Positions 13,381 to 23,776 of a stretch of 64,000 nucleotides of DNA are shown here, piece by piece. Within the stretch, counting starts at the first letter, position 1; the number at the start of each line of letters is the position of its first letter. This stretch comes from Squalus acanthias (taxonomy: Eukaryota): assembly GCA_030390025.1 (NCBI GenBank), contig CM059432.1:75022001-75086000 (forward strand), written 5' to 3'. The notes beneath the pieces are model-generated. The model did no database searches. It was given only the letters and a program-made list of their open reading frames with translations, and was not told where the DNA came from. The position numbers and the translations under genes were made by a program.

Positions 13381-14939
13381 AGCTAATGAATTAGACACAA
13401 TTGATAGTTTAAAAAAAAAAAATGGAATAGGCACTTATCTCAAAAAATATTCACACATTGTGGTTAGGCCAATAATGGTTTTAAGTAAGGACGAAAGGAA
13501 TTTGTGAGCAGTTAATACTTTGACTATCTAAAGTCCGTCCAGTAATACAAATGACAATAGACTCCCAACCAAAAACAGCACTGGAATTATAGCTAACCAT
13601 ATCATCCTGACATTTTCAAATAACCAGTTTTAGGATCTTCAAGATTTCAACCAAAATAAGATGAGGATGGATAGATAATTGAATTCATTTGATTACCTTG
13701 AGATCAAGGACTATTTATGCAGAAATTTGCTGAGGGTTAAATTGGTGGGTAAAGTATAATTTGTAGACTTTACACAGTATGTGGAAGAAGCTGGTATGAG
13801 GGGCCAAATCATATTTTCTAGTTGGATGCATGCTTTCTTTTATAAGAGATTTAGTATTCCTTTTCTGGGGAAGTGAAATTTTATTGTGGGCTCTGAAATT
13901 GGTCCAAAAGAGAGACAATGTCAATGGATATCTATAGTCGAGCACCGTTTTAGTCAGATCACGTGGTCAGGTCGAAGCTGCACTTTCCTCCAATTATTGT
14001 TAACATAAAAGTCAACATGAGTATGAAGTGGGGAAACCACTTTATTGCTAACATTAATGAATGGAGAAAAATATTCTCTGGCTTTTCAAAAGGTGGTCAG
14101 GATTTTCTGGACTAATGTTCATCAAAATGCACTTAGGGGCATAATCTATTGTACGATAACAGAATAAGCAAAATGATGTCCCACATTTGGGATATGGATT
14201 AACTTGATTGGAGCTTGAATGGTCCAGAGATAACACAAGTTTAGTTTCATGATAGGAAAAGTAAGGTGGCTTTGATTGTGGCAGGAACATTATAATAGAA
14301 GAAAAGGTTTGTAATCCACTTTTACATCAGATGCTGCGGCTTTGCAGTTATATGCCCCATCAGGTATGGATTGAGCGCTGGTGAGCACTGGAGAAATGGT
14401 ACAATGTCACGCATAATGCTACAATCACACATGGTGACACTGCAATGGCTTATGTGCTGATTCAGAGTGTGGAGCAACAATGATAATTTATATGAGGTAG
14501 TACTTTCATAGAGAGTGAATTCACAAAAAAGATTCTGAAAGCAAGGAAAACTTATACTGTTTTTGAAGGTATCACTGCAATTTGCAGAATCCACAAGAAA
14601 CATCGGAAATTTCTCAGGAACCCTGGTTATAACTGGTGTCCAAAGGTTCTGGAATCACTTCTGTGGCTTCTGATTCTTTTCCAAGTTGGTAATAAAAATG
14701 TCCAACTGTAATGGTTTAGTTATTCAAATAGTAATGAACCAAAGATCCCAACAACTGTGCTGCACCTTCATTAATAAAACTATTGCATGCAAAGAAATTC
14801 CTACAGAATCATACAGTTAAAAGTATTATTGTACATTTCAGTTATCAACTGGTATTGCTAAAATATTGAGCACACATCATCCAAAGTAGAGTTTCATTAC
14901 CTGGTCGACCAGAGACAACATACAGAATTTATAGCTCAC

Positions 14940-15031
14940 CTTTTTGCGTAGCTTTTCAGCAGCATCTAGTTCTGCTTTAATAGTCTTATCGAACTTGTTC
15001 AGGAGCTTTGGTTTCTTTTTCTTAGCTGGAA
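14940..15031 (-). CDS. ASPH: ASPH coding exon, (V)PAKKKKPKLLNKFDKTIKAELDAAEKLRKK, 92 nt
   Basis: Translation matches the ASPH motif KKKKPKLLNKFDKTIKAELDAAEKLRK. Acceptor ctaactttcttctgatTAG has a branch-point-like CTAAC; donor is AAG|GTGAGC. Confidence 0.97.
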
Positions 15032-15134
15032 CTAATCAGAAGAAAGTTAGCAAAATCTGTATGGTGCACATATTCCCAAAAGTAAATGAGTGATATGCCT
15101 CTCAAAAGTAATTATAATTTCTTTGACAAAAGCA

Positions 15135-15316
15135 GGGCTCTGAATTTCCACAGGGGTTCTCATGATGATCTGTCAAAACTTATGCAGGAGATTGCTAGAA
15201 TCTCCAGAGATATGGTATCAACAGCTGAAAATGGCTGTTTATGCTTTTCTCTAGGTATTTTCCACTAATCTTCTGCCCAAATTATGATGGGACAACCCCC
15301 GTGGAAATTTGGGGCC
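15135..15316. mobile_element. Short MITE-like element with imperfect TIRs
   Basis: gggctctgaatttccacagggg at the left versus cccccgtggaaatttggggcc at the right; additional internal arm complementarity. Confidence 0.55.
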
Positions 15317-15341
15317 TATATTCTGGAAAAATAAGGGCCAA

Positions 15342-16225
15342 TTCATAGCATGATTCAACACACAAAGAAGCCATTCAGCCCATCATGCCTGTGCCGGCTC
15401 TTTGAAAGACCTATTCAATTAGTCCAACTCCCCTGCCCTTTCCCCACAGCCCTGCAATTTTTGTCTCCAAGTATTTATCCAATTCTCTTTTGAAAGTTAT
15501 TATTGAATCTATTTCCACCACCCTTTCAGGCAGTGTGTTCCAGATCATAACAACTCGCTGCGTAAATTTTTTTTTTCCTGGTCTCGCTTCTGGTTCTTTT
15601 GTTAATTACCTTCTCCTCTGGTTACCAAGCCTTCTGCCACTGGAAACAGTTTCACCTTATTTACTCTATCAAAACCCTTCACGATTTTGAACACCTCTTA
15701 AATCTCTCCTTAATCTTCTCTGCTCTAAGGAGACCAACCTCAGCTTCTCTAGTCTCTCCACGTAACTGAAGTCCCTCATCCCTGGTACCATTCTAGTAAA
15801 TCTCCTCTGCACCCACTCTAAGGCCTTGACATCCTTCCTGAAGTGTGTGTGCAGAATTGGCCACAATACTCCAGCTGGGGTCTAACCAGTGATTTATAAA
15901 GGTTTAGCATAATTCCCTTGTTGTTGTATTCTATGAATCTGTTTATAAAGCCCAGGATCCCCCGTATGCATTTTTTAAAAACCGTCTTAACATGTTATGC
16001 GACCTCAAAGATTTGTGTCTGTGAACCCCCAGATCTCCCTATTCCTGAAACCCCTTTAAAATTCTACCATTTTATTTACATTCCTACCAAAATGCATCAC
16101 TTCACACTTCGCTGTGTTAAATTTCATCTGCCATGTGTATTCCCATTTCACCAGTCTGTCTATGTCCCCCTGAAGTCTGTTACTATCCTTTTGTGTCATC
16201 TGCTAACTTTGAAATTATGCCATGT
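15342..16225 (-). mobile_element. CR1 3' fragment
   Basis: HFRKDVKALEWVQRRFTRM..EQRRLRRDL, plus a CR1 3' UTR at 15342-15450. Confidence 0.88.
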
Positions 16226-16227
16226 AT

Positions 16228-18900
16228 AATTTAAATTCAGTTAATTAAATAAATCTGGAATAAAAAGCTAGTACCAGTAATGGTGACCATGAAACTATTG
16301 GATTGTCGTAAAAACCCATCTGGTTCACTAATGTCCTTCAGGGAAGGAAATCTGCTGTCCTTACCTGGTCTGGCCTATATGTGACTCCAGACCCACAGCA
16401 TGTGTTTGACTCTTAACTGCCCTCTGAAATGACCTAGCAAGCCACTCAGTTGTAACAAACCGCTACGAAAAACAATAAGAATAAAACTGGACGGACCACC
16501 CAGCATCGACCATGACAACTGCACACTCAGCCCAGTCGACCCTGCAGAGTCCTCCTCACTAACATCTGGGGACTTGTGCCAAAATTGGGAGAGCTGTCCC
16601 ACAGACTAGTCAAGCAACAGCCTGACATAGTCATACTCACAGAATCATACCTTTCAGCCAATGTCCCAAACTCCTCCATCACCATTCCTGGGTATGTCCT
16701 GTCCCACCGGCAGGACCGACCCACCAGGGGTGGCGGCACAGTGGTACACAGTCGGGAGGGAGTGGCCCTGGGAGTCCTCAACATTAACTACAGACCCCAT
16801 GAAGTCTATAATTCAGGTCAAGCATGGGCAAGGAAACCTCCTGCTGATTACCACCTACTGCCCTCCCTCAGCTGATGAATCAGTACTCCTCCATGTTGAA
16901 CACCACTTGGAAGAAGCACTGAGAGTAGCAAGGGCACAGAATGTATTCTGAGTGGGGGACTTCAATGTCCATCACCAAGAGTGGCTCGGTAGCACCACTA
17001 CTGACCGAGCTGGCTGAGTCCAGAAGGACAAAAGTTGCCAGACTGGGCCTGCGGCAGGTGGTGAGAGAACCAACACGAGGGAAAAACATACTTGACCTTG
17101 TCCTCACCAATCTGCTGGTCGCAGATTCATCTATCCATGGCAGCAGTGGTAGCAGTGACCAGTGCACAGTCATTGTGGAGACGAAGTCCCTTCTACACCC
17201 TCCATCGTGTTGTGTGGCACTACCACTGTGCTAAATGGGATGATGTGGAGATGCCGGTGTTGGACTGGGGTGGACAAATGTGAGAAGTCGCACAACACCA
17301 GGTTATAGTCCAACAGCTTTATTTGAAATCACAAGCTTTCGGAGCGCTGCTCAGAACAGATCCAGCAACTCAAAACTGGGCATCCATGAGGCGCTGTGAG
17401 CTATCAGCAGCAGCAGAATTGTATTCCACTGCAATCTGTAACCTCATGGCCCGGCATATCCCTCACTCTACCACTACCATCAAGCCAGGGGACCAACCTT
17501 GGTTCAATAAGGAGTGTAGAAGAGCATGCCAGGAGCAGCACCTTGCATACCTAAAAATGAGCTGCCAACCTGGGGAAGCTGCAACACAGGACTACATGCA
17601 TGCTAAACAGCAGATGCAGCATGCTATAGTAAGAGCCAAGCGATTCCACAATCAACGGATCAGATCTAAGCTCTGCTGTCCTGCCACATCCAGTTGTGAA
17701 TGGTGGTGGACAATTTAACAACTAACGTGAGGAGGAGGATCCAAGAATATTCACATCCACAATGATGGCAGAGCCCAGCACGCAAGTGCAAAAGACAAGG
17801 CTGAAGCGTTTGCAACCATCTTCAGCCAGAAGTGCCAAGTGGATGATCCATATTGGCCTCCTCCTGAGGTTCCCACCATCATAGAAGTCAGTCTTCAGCC
17901 AATTTAATTCACTTAACGTGTTATTAAGAAACGGCTGAGCGCACTGGATACAGCAAAGACGATGGGTCGCGACAGCAACCCAGCTATCGTGCTGAAGACT
18001 TGTGCTCGAGAACTAGCTGTGCCTCTAGCCAAGCTGTTTCAGTACAGCTACAACACTGGCATCTACACGACAATGTGGAAAACTGCCCAGGTATGTCCTG
18101 TCCACAAAAATCAGAACAAATCCAATCCAGCCAATTACCGCCCCATCAGTCTACTCTCAATCATCAGCAAAGTGATGGAAGGTGTTATCGACAGTGCTAT
18201 CAAGCGGCACTTACTCACCAATAACCTGTTCACTGATGCCCAGTTTGGGTTCCGCCAAGACCACTCGGCTCCAGACCTCATTACAGCCTTGGTCCAAACA
18301 TGGACAAAAGAGCTGAATTCCAGAGACGAGGTGAGAGTGACTGCCCTTGACACCAAGGCAGCATTTGGCCAAGTGTGGTATCAAGTAGCCCTAGTAAAAT
18401 TGAAGTCTATGGGAATCAGGGGGAAAGCTCTCCACTGGTTGGAGTCATACCTAGCACAAAGGAAGATGGTTGTGGTTGTTGGACGTCAATCATCTCATCC
18501 CCAGGACATCGCTGCAGGAGTTCCTCAGGGCAGTGTCTGAAGCCCAACCATCTTCAGCAGTTTTATCAATGACCTTCTCTCCATCATAAGGTCAGAAGTG
18601 GGGATGCTCGCTGATGATTGCGCAGTGTTCAGTTCAGTTCCATTCGCAACTCCTCACATAATGAAGCAGTCCGTGCCCGCATGCAGCAAGACCTGGACGA
18701 CATTCAGGCTTGGGCTGATAAGTGGCAAGTAACATTCACACAACACAAGTCCCAGGCAATGACTATCTCCAACAAGTGAGAGTCTAACCACCGCCCCTTG
18801 ACATTCAACGGCATTACCACTGCCGAATCCCCCACCAGCAACATCCTGGGGGGTCACCATTGACCAGAAACTTAACTGGACCAGCCACATAAATACTGTG
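16228..18900 (+). mobile_element. Family-B LINE (single APE-RT ORF, tentatively CR1-Zenon-like), head truncated, interrupted at 18900
   Basis: NIWGLVPKLGEL..PDIVILTES, NYRPISLLS, QFGFR and GVPQGSV. Ends in gccacataaatactgtg, which is where 33372 restarts. Confidence 0.9.
17240..17352 (-). mobile_element. 113-bp Penelope (family 1) terminal fragment inserted in the family-B LINE
   Basis: The reverse complement matches 22140-22254, including the tail gtccaccccagtccaac.ccggcatc.ccacatcat; the host LINE resumes at agaacagatc. Confidence 0.88.
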
Positions 18901-20703
18901 CTCAGAAGAATTTCCTTGACCAGTATGTTCTTGGCCCAACTAGGAAGGAGGCATTGCTGGATCTGGTGCTGGGGAATGAGGTGGGCCAGGTCGAGCAAGT
19001 GTCTGTGGGAGAACACTTGGGTACGAGTGATCACCATATCATAAGGTTTAGATTAGCAATGGAGAGGAGCAAGGAACAATCAAGAGTGGAACTTCTAAAC
19101 TGGAATAGGGCTAACTTCAATGGGATGCAAAAGGATCTAGCCAGGGTAAAATGGAATCAAAGACCGACAGGAAAAACTGTAACAGAACAATGGGTGATCT
19201 TTAAGGAGCAGATGTTCCAGGTACAGGCTAGGTACAATCCAACAAGAGGGAAGGGTAAGGGAACCAAAGCAAGGGAGATAGAGAAGATGATGAAACAAAA
19301 AAAGGTGTATGATGCATGTCAGGTGAATTCTTCAAGGGAGAACCAGACCAAATACAGTAAGTTGAGAGGGGATGTGAAGATGAAAATAAGATTGGCAAAG
19401 AGAGAATATGAGAGCAGCATGGTGGTTAACATAAAAGGGAACCCAAAAATCTTCTACCGGCATGTAAACAGTAAGCGGGTAGTAAGAGGCGGGGTGGGGC
19501 CTATTAGGGACAAAGAAGGTGATCTATGCTTAGAGGCGCAGGGCAAGGCTAGAATACTCAATGTGTACTTTGTATCGGTGTTTACTAAGGAGGTGGATGC
19601 TGACAAAATATCAGTAGAAGTGGAAAAGGTAGAAGCAATGGAAGGGGTGAAAATTGATAGACAGGATGTACTAGAAAGGCTGGGTATGCTTAGAGTGGAT
19701 AAGTCATCTGGTCCAGATGGCTTGCATCCCAGGTTGCTAAGGGAATTGGGGGAGGAGATAGCAGAAGGGCTTGTCATAATTTTCCAATCTTCCCTAGATG
19801 CAGGGGAGGCGGCTGAGGATTGGAAAATGGCAAATGTGACACCGTTGTTCAAGAAAGGGTGCAAGGACAATCCTAGTAACTACAGGCCGGTCAGTTTAAC
19901 ATCAGTGGTGGGTAAAGATTTAGAAACAATAATCAAGGAAAAAATTAACGGGCACTTGGAGAGGTTTAAGCTAATTAAGGAGAGCCAACACGGATTTGTA
20001 AAAGGCAGACGGTGTTTGACTAATCTAATTGAATTTTTTGATGAAGTAACAGGGAGGATTGATGAAGGAAATGTTGTCTACATGGATTTTAGGAAGGCGT
20101 TTGACAAAGTACCACATAGAAGGCTGGTTAACAAAATTGAGGCTCATGGAATAGGTGGGTCAGTGGCAGCTTGGATAAGGAATTGGCTTAAGGACAGAAA
20201 ACAGCGAGTTGCGGTAAATGGCTGTTTTTCAGACTGGAGAATGGTAGACAGTGGTGTTCCCCAAGGGTCAGTGCTGGGGTCACTGCTTTTTTTGATATAT
20301 ATAAATGACCTGGATATTGGAATACAGAGTAGAATTTCTAAATTTGCCGATGACACCAAACTTGGGGGTGTTGCAAACAGTGAGAATGATACCAATCGAC
20401 TGCAACAGGACACAGAAAGGCTAGCAGAATGGGCAGACAAGTGGCAGATGGAATTTAATACAGAGAAGTGCGAGATGATGCATTCTGGCAGAAGGAACAG
20501 GGAGAGGCAATATACACTTAATGGCACAGTTTTAAAGAGTGTGCAGGGACAGAGGGACCTGGGAGTTAATGTGCATAGGTCCCCGAAGGTGGCAGGACAT
20601 ACTGAGAGAGTGGTTAGCAAAGCATATGGGATCTTGGGCTTCATAAATAGAAAAATGAGAAGTCGCACAACACCAGGTTATAGTCCAACAGATTTATTTA
20701 ATT

Positions 20704-20741
20704 TTACAAGCTTTCGGAGCTGTCGCTCCTTCGTCAGGTAA
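20704..20741 (-). ncRNA. Minimal type I hammerhead ribozyme in the Penelope pseudo-LTR
   Basis: The minus strand reads UUAC-CUGACGA-A-GGAGC-GACA-GCUCC-GAAA-GCUU-GUAA: full core, 4-bp stem I, 5-bp stem II and palindromic stem III (AAGCUU). Confidence 0.85.
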
Positions 20742-20984
20742 GTTAGCAATGAGAGAATCTCCCAGAATTCACAATTTAAACCCAGACAAAATCTATTCAC
20801 ATTATTCGCTACAACAAAGAGCACAGCCAAGACAATGAGATGTGTCCCAGGGGGTCCAACGTGTCAAACCACCTGCTGGCTGCATATCCTGTCAATTTGT
20901 GTTCTTGTGTTAGCCTTTTTAAAAAAGAAAAACCAAAAAAAAAAAAAAAAAAAACCACCTGGAAAGACCGGCCATGATGTCAAG

Positions 20985-22017
20985 TCACGTTCTGTATCGT
21001 GACATGAACCCGATATCGCGATTGAGGCCATCCTCATGAGTGCGGAACTTGGCTATCAGTTTCTGCTCTATGATTTTGCGCTGTCATGTATCTCGAAGGC
21101 CGCCTTGGAGAACGCTTACCCGCAGATCCGAGGCTGAATGCCCCTGGCTGCTGAAGTGTTCCCCGACTGGGAGGCAACCCTCCTGCCTGGCGATTGTTGC
21201 GCGGTGTCCGTTCATACGTTGTCTCAGTGTCTGCATGGTCTCGCCGATGTACCATGCTCTGGAGCATCCTTTACTGCAACGTATCAGGTAGACAACGTTG
21301 GCCGAGTCACATGAGTATGTACCGTGTACCTGGTGGGTAGTGTCCTCACGTGTAATGATGGTATCTGTGTCCATGATTTGGCATGTCTTGCAGAGGTTGC
21401 CGTGGCAGGGTTGTGTGGTGTCTTGGTTGCTGTTCTCCTGAAAGATGGGTAATCTGCTGCGAACGATGGTACTTTTGAGGTTAGGCGGCTGCTTGAAGGC
21501 GAGTAGTGGAGGCGTGGGGATGGCCTTAGCAAGGTGTTCGTCGTCATCGATGACATGTTGAAGGCTGCGAAGAACATGGCGTAGTTTTTCCGCTCCGGGG
21601 AAGTACTGGACGACGTAGGGTACTCTGTTGGTTGTGTCCCGTGTTCGTCTTCTGAGGAGGTCTATGCGGTTTTTCGCTGTGGCCCGTCGGAACTGTCGAT
21701 CGACGAGTCGAGCGTCATATCCCGTTCTTACGAGAGCGTCTTTCAGTGTCCGTAGGTGTCCATCGCGTTCCTCCTCGTCTGAGCAGATCCTGTGTATTCG
21801 CAGGGCTGGTCCATAGGGGATGGCTTCTTTAACGTGGTTAGGGTGGAAGCTGGAGAAGTGGAGCATCGTGAGGTTGTCCGTGGGCTTGCGGTAGAGTGAA
21901 GTGCTGAGGCGTCCGTCTTTGATGGAGATTCGTGTGTCCAAGAATGAAACCGATTCTGAGGAGTAGTCCATGGTGAGTTTGATGGTGGGATGGAACCTGT
22001 TGATGCTATCGTGTAGT
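20985..22017 (-). pseudogene. Penelope polyprotein C-terminus (RT thumb plus GIY-YIG endonuclease), one premature stop
   Basis: FHPTIKLT, SFLDT, LYRKPTD, CxxxxCxxC, VVYLIRC..WYIGET..RMNGHR..PVGEHF. After the TGA at 21084-21086 the frame continues QRKIIEQKLIAKFRTHEDGLN to a stop at 20985-20987. Confidence 0.93.
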
Positions 22018-22127
22018 CCTGGGACACATCTCATTGTCTTGGCTGTGCTCTTTGTTGTAGCGAATAATGTGAATAGATTTTGTCTGGGTTTAAATTGTGA
22101 ATTCTGGGAGATTCTCTCATTGCTAAC

Positions 22128-22165
22128 TTACCTGACGAAGGAGCGACAGCTCCGAAAGCTTGTAA
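22128..22165 (+). ncRNA. Minimal type I hammerhead ribozyme (inverted copy)
   Basis: ttac ctgacga a ggagc gaca gctcc gaaa gctt gtaa; predicted cleavage after CUU at 22161. Confidence 0.85.
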
Positions 22166-22875
22166 AATTAAATAAATCTGTTGGACTATAACCTGGTGTT
22201 GTGCGACTTCTCATTTTTGTCCACCCCAGTCCAACGCCGGCATCGCCACATCATGACCTTCATAAATAGAGGTATTGAGTACAAAAGTAGAGAAGTTATG
22301 CTGAACCTTTATAAAGCGCTGGTTAGGCCACAACTGGAGTACTGCATCCAGTTCTGGTCACCACACTTTAGGAAGGACGTGAAGGCCCTTGAGAGGGTGC
22401 AGAGGAGATTTACCAGAATGGTTCCGAGAATGGGGGATCTTGGTTACAAGGATAGGTTGGAGAAGCTGGATTTGTTTTCATTAGAGCAAAAGAGGTTGAG
22501 GGGTGAATTGATAGAGGTGTACAAGATTATGACGGGTTTGGATAGGCTAGACGGGGAAAGGCTGTTCCCACTAGTTGATGGTACAAGGACTAGGGGACAC
22601 AGATTTAAGGTTTTGGGCAAGAGATACAAGGGGGACGTGAGGAAAAACTTTTTTACGCAGCGAGTGGTGAGGACCTGGAACTCGCTGCCGACGGAAGTGG
22701 TGGAAGGGGAGACACTCAATGTTTTCAAGGGGAGACTGGATAGGCACTTGAGGGAAATAAACTTGCAGGGCTACGGGGATAGAGCGGGGGAATGGGACTG
22801 ACTGGATTGCTCTACAGAGAGCTGGCACGGACTTGATAGGCCAAATGGCCTCCTTCTGTGCCGTTATGACTCGAT

Positions 22876-23766
22876 GTGGGAGAAATTCAGTATCGCCCCA
22901 TTTGGGGCGCAATTATCGGCCGGGCGCAAAGATTAGCGCCTGGCACTAATTATCGCCTCCGACTGCAAACTTGACTTTTATCGCCCCTGGAGGTGATTGG
23001 GGCGCTAAATCAGGCGCTTCACACCTGTCTTAAGGCGCAAAGGCCGAGGAGCGAGGCGCTACCTCAGAGCGCTGGCGAAGCTCATGTGATGTCAGTCAGC
23101 AATGGAACACACACACAATGGCGCCGGCCAGTTCTTAAAGGGAAGGGTTGATCTTGCTTTCCATCCACATCCTGCTCATTGCAGCCTTGAATCTCGGCCT
23201 GGAGAGACCTGTACATCAAATCTGCAGGAAAGAACAATGGAGAGACCCAGGGAAAGAGCTCAGAGTGCAGCCCCCACAATCTCTTCTAAATCGATACAAA
23301 GAAGGGCAAATCAAAATAGACCTGCAAAGTGCTGCTCAGTACCCAAACCTCCCTTCACACAGCGTTGAATCTCTCCAGAAATCTCTCTCTCTCTCTCTGA
23401 CTGCGTGGTTCAAAAATGTCACCAACAATAAAAGGCAGGAAGCGGTCGCCTTTAAATAGCGCTCCCCCAGTCCCTTCCTGACTGCAAAATGCTCCCCTCA
23501 ACCTGTCGTTGCTAGCGGCAGGCGGTAAGGCAGGGGGCGCCACTCAATATCCACTCCGGGGCGCTACCGGGGCGTTGCGCACTCGACTGATGTCACGGTC
23601 TGCCGGCGCAGGAGATCGTGGCGGTAGTATTTAGTGCCGGCGCAAAATGTCTAGTTAATTTCGCGAGCGGCGTAAACATCGCCCCGCCCGGGCGCTAGTT
23701 GCTTTGCGCCCCATTAGCGCCCTCTTAAGACGCTAACGGGAGGCGCAGCCAACTGAATTTTCCCCC
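22876..23766. mobile_element. Non-autonomous PIF/Harbinger-like DNA transposon (891 bp) inserted in the CR1 tail
   Basis: Imperfect TIRs gtgggagaaattcagt and actgaattttccccc; 3-bp flanks gat/tat inside the (tatgactc)n tail; CpG-rich subterminal ggcgc/gcgcc repeats. Confidence 0.75.
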
Positions 23767-23776
23767 TATGACTCTA

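Larger units (their letters stand above)
20652..22257 (-). mobile_element. Young 5'-truncated Penelope-like element (family 1) with inverted pseudo-LTR arms
   Basis: 13-bp TSD cttcataaataga at 20639-20651 and 22258-22270; identical 201-bp inverted arms at 20651-20851 and 22018-22218; GIY-YIG ORF inside. Confidence 0.96.
18901..22875 (+). mobile_element. Young 5'-truncated CR1 LINE (APE end, RT, 3' UTR), split by a Penelope insertion
   Basis: Open frame 18954-20650 has NYRPVSLTS, QHGF, DFRKAFD, GVPQGSVLG and KFADDTKL. It resumes after the TSD with FINRGIEY..LVRPQLEY..RLRGELIE to the stop at 22801; (TATGACTC) tail. Confidence 0.96.

Noticed and set aside
19454..20668. Long antisense ORFs over LINEs (also 6849-7298, 10797-11378 and others)
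   Set aside because: These are shadow frames of repeat coding sequence.
18954..20741. 595-aa ORF as a host gene
   Set aside because: It is a 5'-truncated CR1 ORF2; the last 30 or so residues are read-through into the Penelope arm.
20925..20954. Poly(A) run as the tail of a separate retroposon
   Set aside because: It lies between the Penelope stop codon and the pseudo-LTR with no TSD, so it is better explained as a U-rich tract of the element's 3' region.
22018..22034. ATG start (MRCVPG) of the 316-aa Penelope ORF
   Set aside because: It comes from the inverted arm by chance; the real ORF is 5'-truncated at about 22017.
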